Of a DNA stretch of 64,000 nt, positions 57,685 through 64,000 are shown one piece after another. The notes beneath the pieces were generated by a model. The model searched no databases. It was not told the DNA's origin and worked only from the letters and a program-made list of their open reading frames with translations. Source of the stretch: Balneolales bacterium (GTDB lineage Bacteria > Bacteroidota > Rhodothermia > Balneolales > Natronogracilivirgulaceae); NCBI GenBank assembly GCA_007128425.1, contig SKXL01000093.1, positions 32,247-96,246 on the forward strand, in the 5' to 3' direction. Within the stretch, counting starts at the first letter, position 1; each line of letters opens with the position of its first letter. The translations under genes were made by a program, and so were the position numbers.

Positions 57685-58371
57685 TCACGTCCTGTCCAGT
57701 TCTGGCTGTTTTCCCTCCCTGCGCTGCTCTTCAATCATCTCAACCAACGACAGACTGGTTTCCCAGCGTTTGTCACGATTTCGAACCGAATGAATATTGT
57801 TCTCTTCATCAAAATTCCAGAATTGACCAAATTGACGATTTTTATATTCCCTAAGATATTCAAGACGATCTTTCAGTTCTTCTTTTGAAACGAGCAGTTT
57901 GGATTTGTCATAGACGGCTTCTTCCCGTGTTGCGAATACCAGGTCGTAATCCTTGCTCATGACAATGGCTTCTTCCGGGCAAACTTCCTCACAATATCCA
58001 CAATAAATGCAACGCAGCATGTTTATCTCAAAAAAAGTTGGATAGCGCTCCTTCGGGTCATCACTTAGTTCCGAAGCCTGCATACTGATGGCAAGTGGCG
58101 GACAGGCCCGTGCACAGAGTCCGCAAGCCACGCAACGCTCCTGGCCTTCATCTTCCACAAGAACCGGCCTTCCCCGGAATATGGCCGGAGGTTCGAACCG
58201 CTCTTCGGGGTATTGCATGGTGAACTTGGGTTGGAACATCTGTTTGAGCGTGTACCACATGCCTCGAAAAATTTCCGGCAAATAGATTTTTTCCAGAAAG
58301 TTCAATGATCGTTCCCGGTTAGCGTCACCGGATAGTGCATTTCTACGGGGGATTTCGAGATTTTCAGACAT
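57685..58371 (-). CDS. nuoI: NADH-quinone oxidoreductase subunit I (2x[4Fe-4S]) with C-terminal extension
   Basis: [22 protein letters not shown] and [12 protein letters not shown] ferredoxin motifs. A ~70 aa C-terminal extension lies beyond the usual NuoI length. Confidence 0.85.
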   Translation of the reverse strand: MSENLEIPRRNALSGDANRERSLNFLEKIYLPEIFRGMWYTLKQMFQPKFTMQYPEERFEPPAIFRGRPVLVEDEGQERCVACGLCARACPPLAISMQASELSDDPKERYPTFFEINMLRCIYCGYCEEVCPEEAIVMSKDYDLVFATREEAVYDKSKLLVSKEELKDRLEYLREYKNRQFGQFWNFDEENNIHSVRNRDKRWETSLSLVEMIEEQRREGKQPELDRT

Positions 58372-58472
58372 ATTCAGTTACTGGTCGCAATTAAGAGCAA
58401 TGAAATATATGTAGCTATTTTCAGCTGCCAATCCAGGGCATATTTGAAAATAACGCATGTCGCAGTTCAATC

Positions 58473-58496
58473 AAAAAAAATGAGGCAGAAATGCCT
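58473..58496 (-). terminator. Possible intrinsic terminator after der
   Basis: On the minus strand, AGGCA-TTTC-TGCCT forms a 5 bp stem with a tetraloop. It starts 1 nt after the der stop codon and is followed by CA + T8. Confidence 0.45.
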
Positions 58497-58497
58497 G

Positions 58498-59805
58498 TTA
58501 TTTTTCCTTGAAGACCATTGTTACGGGTACTCCTTTAAAGCCAAAGGATTCCCTAAGCTGATTCTCTATATATCGTCTGTAGTTCGCCGGAAGTTCTCTT
58601 GGCATATTCATGAAAAGTGAAAAAACCGGTGGCTTTTGCTTGACCTGGGTTATGTATTTGATGGTAAGCTGATGCCCACGGGCATAAGGCAGCGGCTTGC
58701 GTGATGTGATGTCTTTAAGGAAGCGATTGAGTTGCGAGGTGGGAATTTTACGATTTCTATCGTCCAGCACCTCCTGGGCCTCGTCGATCACGCGATGAAT
58801 TCTCTGTCCGGTAACCGCTGAAATAGTGATGATCGGAACGTACCTCAAGTTGGGTATTTTATTGTAAATGGTATCAACGTATTCTTTTGCTGTATTGGTC
58901 TGTTTTTCAATCAGATCCCACTTGTTCAATGCGATGATCATGCCCTTATTGAATTGCTCGGCCAGTCGCAGCAACCTTGCATCCTGTACCTGAAAACCCA
59001 GTTCTGCATCTACCAGCAGAATAGCCACATCACATTCCCGTATGCTTTTCTCTGTCCGCACAAGGCTGTAGAATTCAATATTGTCATGCACCCGGGATCG
59101 TTTTCTCAATCCGGCTGTATCAACAAGAGTATAGGTACGGTCTTTGTACTCGAGCAGACTGTTTACCGAATCACGGGTAGTTCCTGCTATATCCGTTACA
59201 ATGCAGCGTTCATCGTTCAGTAGTGCATTAATAAAGCTGCTTTTCCCGACATTCGGTCGACCGATTACAGCCAGTTTGGGCCATTTTTGTCCCTCCTGCT
59301 GTTCTATAGATTCAGGAAAAAGCGCAACCAGGCGATCCAGCAGCTCCCCGGTACCGGTGCCCGACAATGCCGAAACGGCAAAAAGTTCCGGGAACCCCAT
59401 TTTGTAGAATTCCGGTGCCTGCAGACTTTTATCCATGTTATCTGATTTGTTAACTGCTAACAGTACGGGCTTTTTCTGTCTTCTCAGCAGATGGGCGACA
59501 GCGTCATCTTCCCGGGTAATTCCTTGCAGGACATCCACCACAAATACGATGACATCGGCTTCCCGAATGGCGAGTTCAACCTGGTTTCTGATGCCCTGCA
59601 CTATGACATCAGTTTTTCCCGAAAGGTATCCACCGGTATCAATGATTGTAAAATCACGCCCGTTCCAATAGCTCTCGCCATAATGCCGGTCCCGGGTGAC
59701 TCCGGATTGATCATGGACTATAGCCTGGCGCTCTCCGAGAAGACGGTTGAACAGTGTAGATTTACCGACGTTTGGCCGGCCGACGATGGCAACAACTGGC
59801 AGCAT
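58498..59805 (-). CDS. der: Ribosome biogenesis GTPase Der (EngA)
   Basis: Two tandem G domains (GRPNVGKSTLFN, DTGG, NKSD; GRPNVGKSSFIN, DTAG, NKWD) and a KH-like C-terminus. ATG at 59805 is chosen. Confidence 0.95.
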   Translation of the reverse strand: MLPVVAIVGRPNVGKSTLFNRLLGERQAIVHDQSGVTRDRHYGESYWNGRDFTIIDTGGYLSGKTDVIVQGIRNQVELAIREADVIVFVVDVLQGITREDDAVAHLLRRQKKPVLLAVNKSDNMDKSLQAPEFYKMGFPELFAVSALSGTGTGELLDRLVALFPESIEQQEGQKWPKLAVIGRPNVGKSSFINALLNDERCIVTDIAGTTRDSVNSLLEYKDRTYTLVDTAGLRKRSRVHDNIEFYSLVRTEKSIRECDVAILLVDAELGFQVQDARLLRLAEQFNKGMIIALNKWDLIEKQTNTAKEYVDTIYNKIPNLRYVPIITISAVTGQRIHRVIDEAQEVLDDRNRKIPTSQLNRFLKDITSRKPLPYARGHQLTIKYITQVKQKPPVFSLFMNMPRELPANYRRYIENQLRESFGFKGVPVTMVFKEK

Positions 59806-59895
59806 AGACTTCAATAAGTGTGTTGAGAAGGAAATCAAAGATAAAGTTTTTATATTTGAAAGCACGTATCATGTACCCGGGAAAATAATTCTGTT

Positions 59896-60135
59896 ATGCT
59901 GCAAACAATTCACGATCAATTTGGAACCGTAGGTTCCATTTTTGTCGCTCTGCTCGCTTTTACTTTGGTAATCTTGTGGATAGCGGCCATTTCTGGAATC
60001 CATGAATACCCTTATTCCGACAAGCGCAAGCTTTTTATAACAGCTTTATTTATCCTGTTTCCTCCTTACGCTTTTTTTTGGCTTGCAAAAGACATGTATC
60101 GTCAGTATAAAATTCTCAAACTTGACAAGGATTGA
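59896..60135 (+). CDS. Small two-TM membrane protein
   Basis: A 79-aa ORF with two hydrophobic helices separated by a short polar loop. It is loosely reminiscent of PLD-N-terminal small membrane domains. The call is weak. Confidence 0.4.
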   Translation: MLQTIHDQFGTVGSIFVALLAFTLVILWIAAISGIHEYPYSDKRKLFITALFILFPPYAFFWLAKDMYRQYKILKLDKD

Positions 60136-60205
60136 CGTCCGGCCAACACATTTTCAGTCACCTGCTGTCACTTGATGCCAATAATGCAATAAAAGACAGA
60201 AAATA

Positions 60206-61663
60206 TTATTCATTGAGTTGCTTTTTGTCGAATTCGTCCATGATCATCCATGGTTCAAGAATATCTTCAGGCAAGTTATTCAGAAACCGTGATGGATTGG
60301 AGAAAAACTCGCCAAACGTGCTCTCCCCGGTGACTGGATAGGTAATAAATAATTTTTCACGTGCCCGGCTGCAGGCCACATAAAGCAATCGCAATTCCTC
60401 ATCAAGAGCCGTTGGATCATCGATGGAATATCCTGACGGAATGACCCCGTCAAGACACTGGATGACAAACACCGTATCCCACTCCAAACCTTTTGAAGAG
60501 TGAATTGTGCTCAGAGTAAGCGGATCTTCGTCCCTGGAAGCAGCTTCGGTCTCCACGGCTGTTGCATCAAGAGGTTCAAGGGTAAGTTCCTGCAGCATCT
60601 GCTCCAATGAAGAAAACCCATTTGCCAGGCCCGAAAAGGCATCAAGGTCTTTCATTCTCTTGGTATGGTCATCGAATCGCTTTTCAAATTTCTCGTTTGC
60701 TTTGTTTATCAAATTATTCGACAGATCCAGGATCGGCTGGGTTGAACGGTAATTCTCTTCCAATTTTATGATTTTACAATTCGCGTTTTGCTTTGGAAAA
60801 GCAAGAATATTGCGAAAATTGGCTCCCCTGAAGGCATAAATACTCTGTGCATCATCTCCAACAACCATCAGATTATGGTGGACCGAACTGAAAAGCGATG
60901 CAAGTTCGGCCTGCAAGTTATTCGTATCCTGATACTCATCGACCATGACAAACCGGTTGTTGGAAGCTACTCTTTCCCTAATCTCTCCTTCCTGAAGTAA
61001 CAAACGACGAGTTTCAACGAGCAAATCGTCAAAGTCCATTACATCATTCTCCCTTTTATAATCAGAGTATCTTTTCTGCAACTCATCTATAACTTCATGA
61101 TGCTGCAAAAACCGGGGAAAATCAGATGCAATAACTTCGAAAAGGCTCATTTGTTTGTTGACGGCAGCAGAAAACATGGCAGCCAAGGTCTGTTTCTGCG
61201 GAAATCTTTGTCCGCGCAAGTTTTGAGCCAGGGTGGATCGAATGTGGTGGATGGAGTCATGAGCATCCGCCTGATCAAGCAGGGTGAATTTGGAAGAAAA
61301 TCCCAGTCTGTCTGCGTATTGGTGGAGCAGCTGGTTGCAGTAATGATGAAAGGTCCCTCCCCTTACCTGGGTACAACGGTCATCCAGCACTCCTGCTGCC
61401 CTGTCAAGCATACCCCTGGCTGCGCGACGGGTGAATGTAAGAAGCAAAATGGATGATGGAGCAGTGCCATCCTCCACAAGGCGCGCTAACCGGTAGATCA
61501 GGGTTCGGGTTTTTCCTGTACCGGCTCCGGCAATTACGAGTGCGGGTCCATAGTCGTGCATAACAGCTTCGTACTGCTGTTCGTTAAGCAAATCCCGATA
61601 AGGAATCCGATAGGTTGACGAATCCCTCCTGCTGGTTTCACGCTGTAAAACATATTTCTTCAT
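60206..61663 (-). CDS. UvrD/Rep/PcrA-family SF1 helicase, unusually short (485 aa)
   Basis: Motif I AGAGTGKT, Ia LLLTFTRRAA, II VMVDEYQDTN, III VVGDDAQSIYAFRGA, IV EENYRST, then only ~80 aa before LSTIHSSKGLEWDTVFV and LRLLYVACSRAREKL. Confidence 0.8.
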   Translation of the reverse strand: MKKYVLQRETSRRDSSTYRIPYRDLLNEQQYEAVMHDYGPALVIAGAGTGKTRTLIYRLARLVEDGTAPSSILLLTFTRRAARGMLDRAAGVLDDRCTQVRGGTFHHYCNQLLHQYADRLGFSSKFTLLDQADAHDSIHHIRSTLAQNLRGQRFPQKQTLAAMFSAAVNKQMSLFEVIASDFPRFLQHHEVIDELQKRYSDYKRENDVMDFDDLLVETRRLLLQEGEIRERVASNNRFVMVDEYQDTNNLQAELASLFSSVHHNLMVVGDDAQSIYAFRGANFRNILAFPKQNANCKIIKLEENYRSTQPILDLSNNLINKANEKFEKRFDDHTKRMKDLDAFSGLANGFSSLEQMLQELTLEPLDATAVETEAASRDEDPLTLSTIHSSKGLEWDTVFVIQCLDGVIPSGYSIDDPTALDEELRLLYVACSRAREKLFITYPVTGESTFGEFFSNPSRFLNNLPEDILEPWMIMDEFDKKQLNE

Positions 61664-61827
61664 GGCTTACAATATATGTTAAATATATGTAATATGTCTT
61701 CGGCCTGAAACCTGTTTAATTTTGAAGACGACTATCTGTGATTTCTCCTGCGATTTTCGGTATGAACATTCATATTGCAATGCAAAGATTCTTATTTTAC
61801 ACACCAATAAAGAATTTCATTAACCTC

Positions 61828-63729
61828 ATGATCATAGACAGGCGTTTCATACTTTTGCTGCTTCCGTTGTTTTTGGGCTTTTTGCTTCAATGTGAAAAAG
61901 CTGATGCCGAACGAGAAGCCAACCGGTTGTTTGTGCAAGCCTATCAACACATTGATGCAGCAGGCAAGCTGGAGAATCATGATCCTGCTGAAGCACATCG
62001 ACACTATTTACTGGCACTTGAGAACATTGAAAAGATAATCAGCAATTATTCCGACTCACAGGTTGCTGTTGACGTTGCACAGCATCGAACCCGGATTGGG
62101 GATATCACCATTGGTGATTTGAGAGTAAAAGTACCCGCTTATGCAGCCAAAGCCGAAGCGCTGGAAAGTTTTCATAATCTGAGTCTGTATGCTATTGAAA
62201 TGGATGATCAGGTATTGAATAAGGGCTTATTTAAGCTGGATTATGCCGGTTTGCTCGTTCGCAATTCCCAGGATTTGCTTCATGACCAACTGGTTCGCAT
62301 GGTGAAAAGTCAAGCTGACCGGCATTGGGACCGGGAAGTTACAGATCGGCTTTACCTTGAACTTTCCGTCCATTTCGCTGATATCGCTCACTGGCCTCAA
62401 AGCCTTGAAAATTCCGATCGGATTCAAAACCCCGAACTTCTGTACGAATCACTGAAGCGGATTGTGCGGTCCGGGTACATCACAAATGAATTAAATTCCC
62501 ATGCTTTGGAGCAATTTTACAGCTACATCTCTTATCTGTACCCGGTGGATCAGGTCAGACTAATAAAGATGATTAGCGAAGAATTGTTAAAAAGCGGTCG
62601 CGGAGCGCAGGCCCTGGTTCTGGTTCGTGAAAGGCTGCCATCCCCTGATGATGATCGAGTACTTGAACATATTGAAGCACTCACAGAACTTTCAAATACA
62701 TTAGCTGAACATGGCGAATTTGCATTAAGCAGACAAATTATCAGACAGATTGGAAATATTGATTCTAATTATACGGATTTTGCTTTGCGATATCTGGCGG
62801 TTCAACTTGCAATACATGATAAAATGGGTGAGGCGCTGAACATCGCGGAGGGATTTGATCGTGATTACTTTAAACATACCACTCTCGCAGCGATGGCTGT
62901 CCGGCAGGCAGAAAGGGATTCTATTGATCATGCGTTGAATCTGCTTGACCAGATCCCTGAAAATGTGTCAGAAAAAACAGAATCCATACTTGAAATAGCG
63001 TGGGTTATAACTGATGATGAAGCAATGTCGGATTCCCTGATCCAACTTGGGTCTGCGGGCATTGACGTTATGGCCTCGTCATTGCAGCGATCAAACGCAT
63101 ACTTGCGGATTGCCGACGTCCATATTCGACACAACAATAGATCCCTGGCGGCACAGGCAATGGAAAATGCAGAGTCAGATGTCCGTGATGTAGCCGATAC
63201 GAAAGCTTTAAACCAGCTGATAGCTGAGATTATTGAACGCTGGATTTCTTTGGGGAGGCCGGATCGTGCTCTTGACATTGCAGCATGGTTTCAGATGTCG
63301 GACCCTTCCTTCAACTCACTCGTTCCTGAACTTTTTACTTTCGCCATTGCCAGGGGTTACCATGACTTTGCAAAATCACTTGCTGGAATGACTGATCGCA
63401 GACCGTACTATCAGTTTATCCTTGTCCAGACCTACCTTGACAATGAGATGATATCGCAACCTTCCGAATTGGCCTATAATATCAGGAATTACTATTGGAG
63501 AACCCGTGCACTGGCCAGACTTTCAACTGATTTAAAAATTAAAGTAAACCAGGCAGCTGCTGAAAAAGCGGCTACCGACGCACTGCTCACCATGCAAAGG
63601 ATACGTGATCCTGAAGAGAGACAACAAGCATTGATTCATGTTTCCGTACTCTTGTCAGCCGGAAACATCACAATGAATGAAGAGCGCAAGGCGTTGGCCT
63701 TGGACATACTTAATAGTTTTGAGACATAG
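61828..63729 (+). CDS. Large alpha-helical-repeat (TPR-like) putative lipoprotein
   Basis: Signal peptide MIIDRRFILLLLPLFLGFLLQC, then ~600 aa of helix-rich, Leu/Ala/Arg/Glu-rich sequence. No family recognised. ATG at 61828 is preferred to the ORF start at 61738. Confidence 0.5.
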   Translation: MIIDRRFILLLLPLFLGFLLQCEKADAEREANRLFVQAYQHIDAAGKLENHDPAEAHRHYLLALENIEKIISNYSDSQVAVDVAQHRTRIGDITIGDLRVKVPAYAAKAEALESFHNLSLYAIEMDDQVLNKGLFKLDYAGLLVRNSQDLLHDQLVRMVKSQADRHWDREVTDRLYLELSVHFADIAHWPQSLENSDRIQNPELLYESLKRIVRSGYITNELNSHALEQFYSYISYLYPVDQVRLIKMISEELLKSGRGAQALVLVRERLPSPDDDRVLEHIEALTELSNTLAEHGEFALSRQIIRQIGNIDSNYTDFALRYLAVQLAIHDKMGEALNIAEGFDRDYFKHTTLAAMAVRQAERDSIDHALNLLDQIPENVSEKTESILEIAWVITDDEAMSDSLIQLGSAGIDVMASSLQRSNAYLRIADVHIRHNNRSLAAQAMENAESDVRDVADTKALNQLIAEIIERWISLGRPDRALDIAAWFQMSDPSFNSLVPELFTFAIARGYHDFAKSLAGMTDRRPYYQFILVQTYLDNEMISQPSELAYNIRNYYWRTRALARLSTDLKIKVNQAAAEKAATDALLTMQRIRDPEERQQALIHVSVLLSAGNITMNEERKALALDILNSFET

Positions 63730-63765
63730 ACTTTCTGCAATTATTTCACATTTGGCACGAACCCA

Positions 63766-64000
63766 ATGACATCAACCTATCTTTTATTTCACAAAATTTC
63801 AATCCTTTGCCTGGTGACGGTTTTTTTAACTTCTGTATCATGCACCCGTACCGTAATATATCTGGATCAGGAACCCGGCACAGGTGAATATCTTTCGGGA
63901 CATCCTCTCGGAAACACAGCCCCGCATCTCGAGGAGATGCTCAGATCAGTAAAAAGGATTACCAGTACCACTTATTATGAGACGTATCTGTTTGATGAAC
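63766..64000 (+). CDS. N-terminal part of a putative lipoprotein (runs off the window end)
   Basis: ATG at 63766, signal peptide with lipobox-like LTSVSC, and a frame open to nt 64000. It is not in the ORF track because no stop codon lies within the window. Confidence 0.4.
   Translation, partial: MTSTYLLFHKISILCLVTVFLTSVSCTRTVIYLDQEPGTGEYLSGHPLGNTAPHLEEMLRSVKRITSTTYYETYLFDE

Overview
This 64 kb window is densely coding chromosomal DNA. It looks like an FCB-group bacterium (Bacteroidota / Rhodothermota / Balneolota-like), judging by T9SS PorV/PorQ-type barrels, a T9SS C-terminal sorting domain, BshC, DUF2723, DUF4837 and HprK-HPF-XerC synteny. Almost everything is housekeeping. Contents in order: the 3' part of a 5'-nucleotidase gene, a GTDC1/DUF3524-like glycosyltransferase, dnaB, a family-4 UDG, mtaB and nuoHGFEDCBA (minus strand). 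Then a bifunctional nuclease/UVR protein, bshC, 5-formyl-THF cyclo-ligase, a PspC protein and tmk. Then an outer-membrane barrel with an MMPL/RND exporter, an SRPBCC protein, and aroE-pgeF-dxr-rseP-psd-pssA. Then a four-gene T9SS-linked cluster and a complete trp operon (leader-trpE-trpS-trpG-trpD-trpC-trpF-trpB-trpA). Then a DUF4837 lipoprotein, a cydA'/'cydC-type deletion remnant, an M23 peptidase, hprK-hpf-xerC and a small AraC-type HTH protein. Then a DUF2723-hyp-ybeY-smg(DUF494)-GT2 operon, an M1 aminopeptidase, two unknowns, an orphan nuoI, der, an unusually short UvrD-family helicase and a large helical-repeat lipoprotein. I found no rRNA, tRNA, CRISPR array, transposase or prophage genes, and no long non-coding stretch. 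The best-supported non-obvious signals are four. (1) A WWW leader peptide with mutually exclusive antiterminator and terminator helices lies upstream of trpE, and trpS is embedded in the attenuated operon. (2) There is a deletion scar joining the first ~50 codons of cydA to the post-Walker-A part of a CydC/CydD-type ABC ATPase. (3) The UvrD-like helicase appears to lack about 200 residues between motifs IV and V. (4) There is a clear bacterial homolog of eukaryotic GTDC1, the tRNA-queuosine mannosyltransferase. I did not find convincing evidence for a wholly new multi-gene system. The clusters of uncharacterised genes are listed as modest-interest candidates.
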